DNA from: Polyangiales bacterium
GTDB taxonomy: Bacteria > Myxococcota_A > Polyangia > Polyangiales > Polyangiaceae
Direction of reading: 5' to 3'
DNA length: 64,000 bases
NCBI GenBank assembly: GCA_038230375.1
Contig: JBBRNJ010000004.1
Location: 1-64,000, forward strand
A model generated the notes under the pieces. The model was not told the origin of the DNA and made no database searches. It saw only the letters and a list, made by a program, of their open reading frames with translations. Both the position numbers and the translations under genes were made by a program. This document shows, one piece after another, positions 46,105 through 54,985 of this stretch (positions within the stretch are counted from its first letter, which is position 1; each line of letters begins with the position of its first letter).

Positions 46105-47412
46105 ATGCGCGCGGTTTCGGCTGGCCTATCGATTCTTCTCGTTCTCGCGGTTTCGTGGAGTGCCGCGGCTGACGTACCGGCGGGGCCGATGCCCGCGCCG
46201 GTCAGTGCCGCCGAGGTTTGTAGGCGTGGGGAGGCGCTTCGTGGCGTCGCCGAGTATGCGTTGGCGGCGGATGCGCTGACGCAGTGTGCTCGGTCATTTC
46301 CTGCAGAGGCGCGCGGCAAGACGGCGCTCTCGGACGCGCTGGTGCTGCGGCTTGGGCTCGGTGAGGACGTGGAGGCGATGCGCCTGGCCGGCGAGTTCGT
46401 CAAGATATACGGCGCGACGGATCATACGCGCGCGGCGACCGTCATCTTCGCGGCCGCGGCGCATCAAGGAGAAAAAGCGCGCTGGCGCGAGGCAGGCGAG
46501 ATCTTGTCGCGGAATCAGCGCCTCATCGACGACGCGCCGATCGACATCCGTCTCCAGGCGCGGCTCCTCGTGGGGCGCGCGCAGCTTCACGGCCCAACGC
46601 CCGATCGCGGATACGCGGAGCTCCAGACCGCGCTCTCGATGTACGGCAACGGCGGCGCGCTCGGGGACATGATCGCGATTGCCTATCCCACCGAAGACGA
46701 GGGCCAGCGCATGCGCCGCATCGGCAAATCGCTCAACGCAGTCGGCGACGCGCTCGTGCTGCTTGCCGATCGCGACCGAGAGAAGAGCCTGGCTTCGCAA
46801 CGGCCGCCCGTCTACGCGGGAGCGCGCACCGTGGACGCGCTTCATCACCACCTCACGACGGCCGTGCCCGAATGGATGAAGCGGCGGCGCGCGGCGATCG
46901 AGGAGCGGGAGAGGCAATACACCAGCGTGCTCGAGATGCGCCCTGTGCCGCCACCGAAGGCCGTGATCGCTGCAGCGGGGGCTGTCGGGAAGATGTGGGC
47001 CGACTACGCGGACGACCTTGCGCGCCTCGTCCCGCTCGACGTGTACCCAGTGACGCGCGTCGCTGGCACGCCGGCCACGACACCCACGCGGGCGGAGGCA
47101 CGCGCGGCGCTCGACGAGGTGCGCGGGCCGATCCTCCAGCGCCAGGCGCTCCCCGCGATGCGCAAGTGCGTCTCGCTGTCGGTGAAGTACCAGTACACGG
47201 ACGAGCGGTCGCAAGGCTGCGAGGCGTGGCTGACGAAGAACGATCCGGAGACACGGCCGCGTTCGGAGCTCGCGCCCCAGCCGCGGGCGTACGGTGGGCT
47301 GTGGACGAGGGACGAGCCGTCGACCTCGACCCCAACTTCGACTTCGACTTCGACTTCGACTTCGACCCCGACCCCGACCTCGACCTCGACCCCGACCTCG
47401 ACCCCGTGGTAG
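46105..47412 (+). CDS. Secreted TPR-like protein
   Basis: Signal peptide; helical repeats; PPPKAVIAA; CVSLSVKYQYTDERSQGCEAWL; Thr/Ser tail. Confidence 0.7.
   Translation: MRAVSAGLSILLVLAVSWSAAADVPAGPMPAPVSAAEVCRRGEALRGVAEYALAADALTQCARSFPAEARGKTALSDALVLRLGLGEDVEAMRLAGEFVKIYGATDHTRAATVIFAAAAHQGEKARWREAGEILSRNQRLIDDAPIDIRLQARLLVGRAQLHGPTPDRGYAELQTALSMYGNGGALGDMIAIAYPTEDEGQRMRRIGKSLNAVGDALVLLADRDREKSLASQRPPVYAGARTVDALHHHLTTAVPEWMKRRRAAIEERERQYTSVLEMRPVPPPKAVIAAAGAVGKMWADYADDLARLVPLDVYPVTRVAGTPATTPTRAEARAALDEVRGPILQRQALPAMRKCVSLSVKYQYTDERSQGCEAWLTKNDPETRPRSELAPQPRAYGGLWTRDEPSTSTPTSTSTSTSTSTPTPTSTSTPTSTPW
47323..47406 (+). repeat. ACCTCG-family array x14 (coding Thr-Ser/Thr-Pro C-terminal tail)
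   Basis: ACCTCG/ACTTCG/ACCCCG units ending one codon before the stop. Confidence 0.95.
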
Positions 47413-47424
47413 TCAGGGAGCGTC

Positions 47425-47504
47425 TTTCGAGTGGGAAGTCGGTGTGAATCCGACGCGGTGCCGCCACTGTGACCGGGTAGCCGGGAGCCAGAGCAATCTC
47501 GAAC
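47425..47504 (+). ncRNA. Cobalamin riboswitch (compact)
   Basis: GGGAA-GTCGG-TGTGAAT-CCGAC-GCGGTGCCGCCACTGTGA-CCGG-GTAG-CCGG-GAGCCAGA, closed by TTCGAG/CTCGAA. Confidence 0.88.
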
Positions 47505-47592
47505 GGTGGGTCTTTTTTCGATTGGTTGCATAGTGCACACAATTGTGGAGGCCCTCTCCTTTGCCGCGCGAGCCACGCGGTTCGAGGTCTCC

Positions 47593-48396
47593 GTGAAGAA
47601 GCTCTGCTACCCCGCCCTCTCGCTCTCGTCGTTCGCTGCCCTGCTCGTCGCCTGCAGCGGCAGTAGCTCGGGTGGTGGGAATACCGCCGACGCCGGCATC
47701 GTCGATCTTGGCGGCGACGGATCCACCCTGGGGTTCGTTGACGGTGGGGGACCGGTCGTCCAGCATCCGACCGATGGTGGCTTCGCGACAGCCGATGGAG
47801 GTGTCGTGCGCGCGGACCGCTTCGTGATCAAGGTGGAGTCGGTGACGTACGGTCCGTGCGCGGGCTTCGGTCAGGCGCAGCTTCCCGGCGTGGTCCAGGG
47901 GCCGCCGCTGGGCGGTGGTGACCTGCACGGAAGCCTGGACGTGCTGTCGCTCGGCACGGGCGGCCAGATCGTCCTCTCATTCGGTGACAACGCGATAGAG
48001 GACGGCCCTGGACCCGACTTCATCGTCTTCGAGAACCCGTTCAATGCGGGAAGCGGCCCGAACGGCGCTCTGTTCGCGGAGCCCGGCGAGGTGAGCGTGA
48101 GCGCCGACGGCACCACGTGGAAGACCTATCCGTGCACGGCCACCGCTGCCCCCTACGGCGCATGCGCCGGCTGGCATCCGGTGTATTCTACACCTGACAA
48201 TGGACTCTCGCCGTTCGACCCTGCTGCGAGCGGCGGCGGCGGTGACGCATTCGACCTCGCGGACGTCGGGCTCACCGAGGTACGCTTCGTGCGCATCGTG
48301 GACAAGACCTCGGGGGCATGTGCCATGGGCAGCAGCATCGACACCAACGGCTTCGACCTGGACGCGATCGCGATCGTCCACGCAAAGACTCCATGA
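47593..48396 (+). CDS. Cell-surface lipoprotein, candidate cobalamin-binding protein
   Basis: Lipobox LVAC; VLSLGTGGQIVLSF, DGPGPDFIVFENPF, EPGEVSVS, GGDAFDL, GFDLDAI. First gene after the riboswitch. Confidence 0.75.
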   Translation: MKKLCYPALSLSSFAALLVACSGSSSGGGNTADAGIVDLGGDGSTLGFVDGGGPVVQHPTDGGFATADGGVVRADRFVIKVESVTYGPCAGFGQAQLPGVVQGPPLGGGDLHGSLDVLSLGTGGQIVLSFGDNAIEDGPGPDFIVFENPFNAGSGPNGALFAEPGEVSVSADGTTWKTYPCTATAAPYGACAGWHPVYSTPDNGLSPFDPAASGGGGDAFDLADVGLTEVRFVRIVDKTSGACAMGSSIDTNGFDLDAIAIVHAKTP

Positions 48397-49241
48397 CCCA
48401 CCCGCGCACGCTTGCGATGACAGTTCTTCTCGTGGGCGTGGGCGTGGGCTGCGCGATGCCGAACAAGGCGCCCGTGAATGGCTTTCTCTTCACGCATGTG
48501 AAGAGCGGCGACAACGTGACGGGCAACACACTCGAGGAGCGCAGCGTGAAGGGGTGCGCGTCATCGCTGCTGGGAGTGTTCGCATGGGGCAACGCTTCGG
48601 TCGCTGGGGTGGCGGGCAACTCCACGCAGGTGAGCGTGGTGGACTCCGACGAGCTCGGCGTCCTTGGCATCTACGCGCGTCACTGCACCATCGTGCACGC
48701 AGGCAGCAGCGAGATCGCGCTCGAGGACGAGCCCGAGGATCCCGCGACGATGCCGCAGCCGCCGAAGGTGAAGTACTACGCGGAGGGCACGCCGCAGCCA
48801 GGCGATCCTGCGCAGTCCGACATCCCGCCGGGCACAGCGCAGCCTGGGTCGACGGACCCGAAGCTGTCGTGGGGAAAGACGCCGCCGCCGGAGGCTCCCA
48901 CCGTTGCAACGCCTGCCGGGTGGCCGCCGGCCGTGGGTATCGCGGACCGCACCGCGTGCACGCTGGTGTGCATGGAGAACGGCGCCTCGGTGGAAGGCGC
49001 ACAGGTCGAGGTGGTGATCAACAAGCAGCTGGGCGCGTTGCGTGCCTGCGCGCTCCACGCAATGGAGTACCACGCAGTCTCTGCAGCGGTGACCTTCGGG
49101 CAGGACGGACGGATGACGATGAGCGTGAACACCCACGGCCTGAAGCCGCAGATGCGCGACTGTGTGGCTCAGATCCCGGCGCCCGGCTACTTCCACGGCC
49201 CGGCCAACACCCGGTGGAAGTGTACCGACTACTGCAGGTAG
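48393..49241 (+). CDS. TRL-like domain lipoprotein fused to a six-Cys C-terminal domain
   Basis: ATGA overlap; lipobox GVGC; GFLFTHV...KGCASSLLGVFAWGNASV...VD...VLGIYARHCTIV. Confidence 0.75.
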   Translation: MTHPRTLAMTVLLVGVGVGCAMPNKAPVNGFLFTHVKSGDNVTGNTLEERSVKGCASSLLGVFAWGNASVAGVAGNSTQVSVVDSDELGVLGIYARHCTIVHAGSSEIALEDEPEDPATMPQPPKVKYYAEGTPQPGDPAQSDIPPGTAQPGSTDPKLSWGKTPPPEAPTVATPAGWPPAVGIADRTACTLVCMENGASVEGAQVEVVINKQLGALRACALHAMEYHAVSAAVTFGQDGRMTMSVNTHGLKPQMRDCVAQIPAPGYFHGPANTRWKCTDYCR

Positions 49242-49285
49242 ATCCGCGTTCGGCACGCTCGCGAGAAACCGGTGCCGCAGCTAGC

Positions 49286-49906
49286 TCACTGGCAGTAGTC
49301 CGCGCACTTCCAGTGCGTGTTCAAGGGGCCCTTGAAGAAGGAGGGCGACGGGATACGTGCCATGCAATCCTGCATCGGGCGACGCACGCTCCCCGTTTCG
49401 ATCGTGAACGTGAGCTTCCCGTCGGGGCCGAACGTCGCGTCGGACTGGACGACACGGTTCTCGCTGCTCGACCGCGCGCACTGCCTGATAGCCCCGAGCT
49501 GCTTCGAGAGATGGCGCTCCAGATCACCGCTGTCGACGGCCTGCGCGTTGTTCATGCAACGATAGGAGCAGGCCGTGCGATCGGCCAGACCAACACTCGC
49601 TGGCCACGCGGCGGGAACGGCGGTTGGGGTCGGGTTTGGTGTCGGGGTGGCGGTCGCGGTTGCAGGCGGGGTGGACGTTGTGTCCACGATCGCGGTCGCT
49701 GTCGCTCCGTCCGCGGCGCCGCCATCCAGTTCCGCCACGGGTGCCTCGGTCAGTGTCGCCGCTGGTTTCACCGTGCGGCCAGTCGCGGGCCGTTGGGGCT
49801 GCGCGCCGGTGCCGCAGCCCACCAGAGCAACGATGCCGATGCAGACGACGCGCTTCGTGATGCCCGACGGCCGAACTCTCTTCATCAATCCAATCCTTCC
49901 ATTCAC
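49286..49906 (-). CDS. Lipoprotein with the same six-Cys C-terminal domain
   Basis: Lipobox LVGC. The last 106 aa align without gaps to the C-terminus of 48393..49241. Confidence 0.8.
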   Translation of the reverse strand: MNGRIGLMKRVRPSGITKRVVCIGIVALVGCGTGAQPQRPATGRTVKPAATLTEAPVAELDGGAADGATATAIVDTTSTPPATATATPTPNPTPTAVPAAWPASVGLADRTACSYRCMNNAQAVDSGDLERHLSKQLGAIRQCARSSSENRVVQSDATFGPDGKLTFTIETGSVRRPMQDCMARIPSPSFFKGPLNTHWKCADYCQ

Positions 49907-51219
49907 GGCGAGAGCTGGGCGCGATAGACGCCCTCGCTCTGGTCCGGCCCGCTCTGCGCGGCGGTAGTGTAGGCGAACGCGGGATCGAGCGCGATCGGCG
50001 AAGAACTCGAGAGACGGGGATGAATCGTAGCGGGACTCACGGTGCCGGAGACATCCACTGCGGCGAGCACGTTGATCGGTGTACCCGACGGGAGGTGCTC
50101 ACCGTAGAGAAGATAGAGCGTGCTTGCCGTGAGGCCGGTGCCTCCCGAGCCGATCAGCAGCGGAAACGTGACCAGCGAGCTGGATACAGGCGGATGCGCG
50201 ATGAGGCGCGCGCGGGTGGCGCCGTCCTTCGCGGAGGCGTAGATGCCGGCGATCGCCGATGCGTCCATCGTTCGGTCCACGCCGAACCAGTATGTGTTCG
50301 TGGCGTCCACGCCGATGACGTGACCGAACGTGGTGGCAAGATTGGTGATGGCACCGCCCTCGTCGCACGCAACGCGCACAGCGGGGGTCACGGGGCTGCC
50401 GAAGCCGAAGTAGACCGCGGTGTCATCCGCGACGCCGTATGCAACGCCGGTGGTCTGTGTGAGGTCGTGCACAGTGCCGTTCGAACAGACCGTGCGAATG
50501 ACTCCGATGACGGGCGAGAACACGCGCGCGACCGACGCGCCCTGGCGGACGAGCACGTGCGGAAGTGCGCCAGCGCCCAGGTCGTCCACGAGCGTGGCCA
50601 CGTTCGTCGCGTAGTCGTAGTGCTTCACGAGCAGATGACCGGAGACGGGGCTCTCGAAGTAGTAGACGCCGCCACGCCCGTCGGCTGTGGGCGCAAGCGT
50701 GGGGGCGATGGAGACTGCGCGCGTGTTTCCGGTGGGGTCTCCGAGATCGATCGCGCTGATGGGCGTGCCAATCGCAGCAGGTAGATCTGCGTAGAGCACC
50801 GAGCCTGAGAGGACGAGCTCCGCGGGGCTGGACGGAAATCGCCCCACGCCTGTGCGCCCGAGGTCCACGCAGATGCCCTGGACGCACGCACCCGAGATGT
50901 TCTCGGAGGTCGCGGAGCACGCGAGCCCGCAGCCTCCGCAGTTCTGCGGATCCCACGCGGAAGCCGTACACGAGCCGTTGCAGCAAGCGCCGCCGTCACC
51001 GCATGCGATCGCCGCGCACGATGCTTCGTCGCCGTTGATGACGATGCCCGTCTCCGTACTTGCGTCGGTGAGGAGCACGCGCGGGGGCACCGGCTCTTCG
51101 TCCGTGGACGGATCGCAGGCCACGAATGCGACGAGCAGCGAGACGGCGATCGACCCGAGGGCGATCGCGACGCGCTCACTCTTCCGAGTCGGGGTCCGTG
51201 GGCTTGGGCTTCTGTGCAT
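49903..51219 (-). CDS. Lipoprotein with a Stig1-like Cys motif and a beta-propeller-like region
   Basis: Lipobox FVAC; CCNGSC...DPQNCGGCGLAC; repeats such as VADDTAVYF and GVDATNTYW. Confidence 0.7.
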   Translation of the reverse strand: MHRSPSPRTPTRKSERVAIALGSIAVSLLVAFVACDPSTDEEPVPPRVLLTDASTETGIVINGDEASCAAIACGDGGACCNGSCTASAWDPQNCGGCGLACSATSENISGACVQGICVDLGRTGVGRFPSSPAELVLSGSVLYADLPAAIGTPISAIDLGDPTGNTRAVSIAPTLAPTADGRGGVYYFESPVSGHLLVKHYDYATNVATLVDDLGAGALPHVLVRQGASVARVFSPVIGVIRTVCSNGTVHDLTQTTGVAYGVADDTAVYFGFGSPVTPAVRVACDEGGAITNLATTFGHVIGVDATNTYWFGVDRTMDASAIAGIYASAKDGATRARLIAHPPVSSSLVTFPLLIGSGGTGLTASTLYLLYGEHLPSGTPINVLAAVDVSGTVSPATIHPRLSSSSPIALDPAFAYTTAAQSGPDQSEGVYRAQLSP

Positions 51220-52276
51220 CGTCGCCGCCCTTAACGTACGTCTTTCGCAGATGCAGGGCGATGAGCTTCAGCTCCTTGTCCTCGCACTCGAGGCCGTTGT
51301 CGACCATGCGCGAGAGCAGCGCGTCGACCGCCTTCTTCGTCTTCGGCGGCTTCTTCTCGAGCTCGTCGAGCTCGTGGCACTGGGTGCACTTCTCGGAGAT
51401 GAGCTTCTGGGCCGCGGCGGCGTCGAACGGCTCGTCTGCGGGCGAGTCCTTCTTGAGCGTGGCCTTGGCGGCCATCTGCGCCTTCTTCATCTCCATGTCC
51501 ATGGCGCGCTTCTTCGCGGCGCTGGCCTGGAGCTCGGGGGAGATCGCGATGAGATAGGCCGCGACCTGGAACTGCTCCTCCTCCGTGATCTCCTGCGTGA
51601 GCGTGGGCTTGTCCGCCATGCGCGTCACGGTCTGCACCCAGTCCTGCGGCGCGCGCGGGCGCACGAGGATTGTCTTCAGGTCGTGGCACTGCACGCACTC
51701 GCTGAGCAGCACGCGGCGACCCGCCTTGAGCGACTCCACCGTGGAGAGCTTGTCGAGCGGCGCCTCCTTCGGGAAGCCCGCCTCTGGCAGGTTCTTTTTC
51801 AGGCGCTCGAGATTCTGTGCACTATACACATTCCCGCCGACGACCTTGCTGGCGAAGTGGCGCTCCTTGAACGTGAACGGGAGCGACAGACCGAGCAGGA
51901 GCACCGTGCAGAAGAGGAGCATCGTACCCAGGTAGGGCATCCACTCTTCCAGGTGGCGGAAGAACCGGATGATCGAGATCTTCACGATCAGGATGAAGCC
52001 GATGGTGAGGCCCAGGATGATGTGAGCCACCGTCCGCGGCGGAAACTCCACCTGGTAGGTCCACATGCGCGGCACCATCATGTACATCGTGGCGATGTAG
52101 ACGCCCACGTAGAGGAACCCGAGGATCCGGTGGAGGATCATCAGGCCCTTCGGTGCCGCGCTCGTGCGCGTGGCCTTGTCGAAGGGGTAGCCCCACAGGT
52201 GGAACATCAAGAAGACGGTCGAGAGCCCGAGGACAAGGAAGGCAATCCCGAGCCCGGTGGTGATGGTCGTATTCAT
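51176..52276 (-). CDS. Inner-membrane diheme c-type cytochrome with a 4-TM His-containing N-terminal domain
   Basis: Four TM helices with HRILG and AHIILG; CVQCH...WVQTVTRM; CTQCH...LLSRM. Confidence 0.85.
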   Translation of the reverse strand: MNTTITTGLGIAFLVLGLSTVFLMFHLWGYPFDKATRTSAAPKGLMILHRILGFLYVGVYIATMYMMVPRMWTYQVEFPPRTVAHIILGLTIGFILIVKISIIRFFRHLEEWMPYLGTMLLFCTVLLLGLSLPFTFKERHFASKVVGGNVYSAQNLERLKKNLPEAGFPKEAPLDKLSTVESLKAGRRVLLSECVQCHDLKTILVRPRAPQDWVQTVTRMADKPTLTQEITEEEQFQVAAYLIAISPELQASAAKKRAMDMEMKKAQMAAKATLKKDSPADEPFDAAAAQKLISEKCTQCHELDELEKKPPKTKKAVDALLSRMVDNGLECEDKELKLIALHLRKTYVKGGDDAQKPKPTDPDSEE

Positions 52277-52288
52277 TCTCGAAGTTCC

Positions 52289-52894
52289 TCAGATCTTCCG
52301 TGCGCGGTACTGCTGCTTGTACGGCTCTTTGTACTGGTCGTGGCAGGCCTTGCACTGCTTCTTGGCTGCTGCGGCGTCGCCGCCCTTCGCGAGCTCCGCG
52401 CCCTTCTGCGCGATGCTTCGCCACTGCCAGCCACCGTTCGGTGAGAGCGCAGACGCGCGCGTGAACGCTGCGGTGAGCTCCTCTGGTGTCTTGGCCGAGC
52501 CCATGGTGCCGCGCATGAACTTCTGCATGGGGCAGGGGTTCGCGCGATCACCGCATGCGGCATCACCGCCACCTGCGTTCGCGACGACGGGCTTCGGTTT
52601 CGCGGCTCCGCCATCACCCTTGTGCGCGACGGCCGTGGCGCCGCCTTCTTGCGCGCCCCCATCGCCCATGTCAGCGACGACAGGAGGGTCCACCGGTGCA
52701 ACGCTGGCAGCCGGCCCAGGCTCGATCTCGTCCTTCGGCGGCGGCTTGGGTGCGGGCGGAAGCGCGACGGTGCTCGGGTCGGAGACCTCGGAGACCGGCG
52801 GGCACGACTGGTTCTGCCCGCTGAGGTACGCGCACGCGGACACCCCGGTGAGCGTCACGAACAGAAGGAAGACGTTGCGAGCGTTGCGAATCAT
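52289..52894 (-). CDS. Monoheme c-type cytochrome lipoprotein (cytochrome c'/c556-like)
   Basis: GAGGA SD; lipobox VSAC; helical domain with C-terminal CKACH. Confidence 0.8.
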   Translation of the reverse strand: MIRNARNVFLLFVTLTGVSACAYLSGQNQSCPPVSEVSDPSTVALPPAPKPPPKDEIEPGPAASVAPVDPPVVADMGDGGAQEGGATAVAHKGDGGAAKPKPVVANAGGGDAACGDRANPCPMQKFMRGTMGSAKTPEELTAAFTRASALSPNGGWQWRSIAQKGAELAKGGDAAAAKKQCKACHDQYKEPYKQQYRARKI

Positions 52895-52915
52895 GCGGTC
52901 CTCGTTCACTTGCCC

Positions 52916-53938
52916 CTATTTCACAGCCCGCGAGCGGTAGCTGGCCTTCCACGACGGCTTGTAGGCCTCGTGGCAACCCTTGCACGATTTCCGGGCGGCG
53001 CTCATGTCACCCTGACGCGCGAACTCGGCGCCCGTCTTCGCGATCTCTGCCCAGCGCCACGAGCCGTCGGGCGAGAACGTTGCGACGCGATCGAGCGCGC
53101 GCGCCAGTGCCTGCGTGTCGTTGGCGGTGATGGCCGTCGCGATGTTCGAGCGCATCCACCGCTGGAGCGGGCACGGATTGAGCTTCGTGCCGCACGGCCC
53201 TGCAGACACGGGCGCAGTCGGCGGCTTCGTCGGCGGCTTCACGCCAGTGGGCGCGGTGTTGGCGGGAGCTGTCGGGATCGGGGGCGGAGTGATCGCGGTT
53301 GCGATGGTGCTGACGGGCGGCGGGGGCGCCTTCACGATGCGAACGTCCGGCGCGGGGCTCTCGCGCCAGTCGCTCAGGAAGGCGAACTCGGGCGGGTCAC
53401 CGTGGCACGTGCCGCAGTCGTGGTCCTTGCCGTCGGTGCGCTTCAGACGACCGACGAACTCGTTCGACATGAACTCGGCGACCTTGTCCTTGTCGCGGCG
53501 GTCCAGCATGAAGAGCGCGCCGTTGTGACAGCTGTCGCAATAGAGGAGGTCGCCGTTGTCGTAGGCAAGGCCACGCACGATGTCGTTCCACATGCGCTTC
53601 GCGACGCGCTTGCGGCGAGTGTCGGCGCGGAAGTCGGGATCGGAGTGGCAGCCGCTGCAGGGGATGCCGAGCGCGGTGTTGAACGTCTCCATGACGAGCA
53701 GGCGCTGGCTCTTGTCGAGCTGCTCGAGCGGAGGGAGCTTCTTCGGATCGAGCCCGACAGAGGCGAGCGCGTCCGCCATGCGCGTGGGCGAGATCGGGCG
53801 CATCTCGCCTTTGCCGCGGATCGAGAACGGGCGGCTCGGCGTGCGTGCGATCGTCGCGGGCGCCGGAGCGCCACACGCCGCGAGGAGAAACGACAGCGCG
53901 AGCATCGCGAACAGCGCGTAGGTGAGCCTCTTCCCCAT
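52916..53938 (-). CDS. Tetraheme c-type cytochrome lipoprotein
   Basis: Lipobox LAAC; CSGCH, CDSCH and CGTCH; Pro/Thr linker; C-terminal CKGCH. Confidence 0.88.
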   Translation of the reverse strand: MGKRLTYALFAMLALSFLLAACGAPAPATIARTPSRPFSIRGKGEMRPISPTRMADALASVGLDPKKLPPLEQLDKSQRLLVMETFNTALGIPCSGCHSDPDFRADTRRKRVAKRMWNDIVRGLAYDNGDLLYCDSCHNGALFMLDRRDKDKVAEFMSNEFVGRLKRTDGKDHDCGTCHGDPPEFAFLSDWRESPAPDVRIVKAPPPPVSTIATAITPPPIPTAPANTAPTGVKPPTKPPTAPVSAGPCGTKLNPCPLQRWMRSNIATAITANDTQALARALDRVATFSPDGSWRWAEIAKTGAEFARQGDMSAARKSCKGCHEAYKPSWKASYRSRAVK

Positions 53939-54105
53939 GTTCAGCCCAGGTACGTTACTGGGAATCGTGCTCGAACGGTGCGCGAAACCGCACCTTTTGG
54001 CTGGTCGAGACGATCAGAAAGCGCGCTTTGCGTGCTGGGACCCGTAAGGTAAGCTCCCGGCGCGCGTTGTTCGAAGAGAACCTGCGTACAACAAGGAGCT
54101 TCATC

Positions 54106-54969
54106 GTGAACCACCCCGGAAAAATCTTCTGTCTTGCCGCTCTCGGCGCGTCTCTCGTCTCAGGAGTCGCGGGGTGTGGAGGTGACAAGAAAGCCGATCC
54201 CGCGACCGCGAACAACGCGGCGACCCAGCCGGGCCAGCCGGGCTATCAGCCGCAGCCGGGGTACCAGCCGCAGCCGGGCGGACAGCCGGGATACCAGCCG
54301 CAGCCGGGCGCGCAGCCGGGCTATCAGCCGCAGCCGGGCGCGCAGCCGGGATACCAGCCGCAGCCGGGCGCGCAGCCGGGTTATCAGCCGCAGCCGGGCG
54401 CGCAGCCGGGTTATCAGCCGCAGCCGGGCGCGCAGCCGGGATACCAGCCGCAGCCGGGCGGGCAGCCGCAGCCAGGCGCACAGCCGGGCGGATTCCCGGG
54501 CATGCCGAGCGCACCTCCCGCAGGTGCTGGTGGTGGTACCGCCCAGGCGCTCGATCCGAACGTGGCCATGGTCGCGACGACCGCGCTCGCGACGATCGCG
54601 AACACGCAGGCCCCGGGCATGGCCCGCGACGGCAACACGCTCGCCGGCAACTTCACGCCGACCCAGACGCTGTCCATGGGGTTCACGATCCAGCCGGGCA
54701 AGTGCTACACGGTCGTCGCTGCTGGCGTCGGTCCTGGCATGCAGGTCGACATCACGGCGCAGGCCTCGGGCCCCGTCGCGATCCCCGGCTTCAACCCGCA
54801 GTTCGGCGCAGCGCAAGGCAAGCCGAGCCCCACGGGCTCGCAGGCGATCCTCGGCGGCGGCGCGAACTGCATCAAGCTCGCGCTCTCCCCCATCCCGATC
54901 CAGGCGACCTACGTCATCACGGTGTCAAAGGGCTCCGGGATGGTCGCGGCGCAGCTCTACTCGAAGTGA
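54106..54969 (+). CDS. Lipoprotein with a (QPGAQPGYQP)n spacer
   Basis: AAGGAG SD; GTG start; lipobox VAGC; C-terminal beta domain (IQPGKCYTVVAAG...MVAAQLYSK). Confidence 0.85.
   Translation: MNHPGKIFCLAALGASLVSGVAGCGGDKKADPATANNAATQPGQPGYQPQPGYQPQPGGQPGYQPQPGAQPGYQPQPGAQPGYQPQPGAQPGYQPQPGAQPGYQPQPGAQPGYQPQPGGQPQPGAQPGGFPGMPSAPPAGAGGGTAQALDPNVAMVATTALATIANTQAPGMARDGNTLAGNFTPTQTLSMGFTIQPGKCYTVVAAGVGPGMQVDITAQASGPVAIPGFNPQFGAAQGKPSPTGSQAILGGGANCIKLALSPIPIQATYVITVSKGSGMVAAQLYSK
54271..54450 (+). repeat. 30-bp coding tandem repeat x6
   Basis: CAGCCGGGCGCGCAGCCGGGNTAYCAGCCG units. Confidence 0.95.
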
Positions 54970-54985
54970 TCCCACAAGGAGCCCC

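Noticed and set aside
52916..53938. Photosynthetic reaction-centre cytochrome (PufC) implying phototrophy
   Set aside because: Only local similarity (M...ALG..C..CH...KRM) shared by many non-phototroph cytochromes. No puf or bch genes are present.
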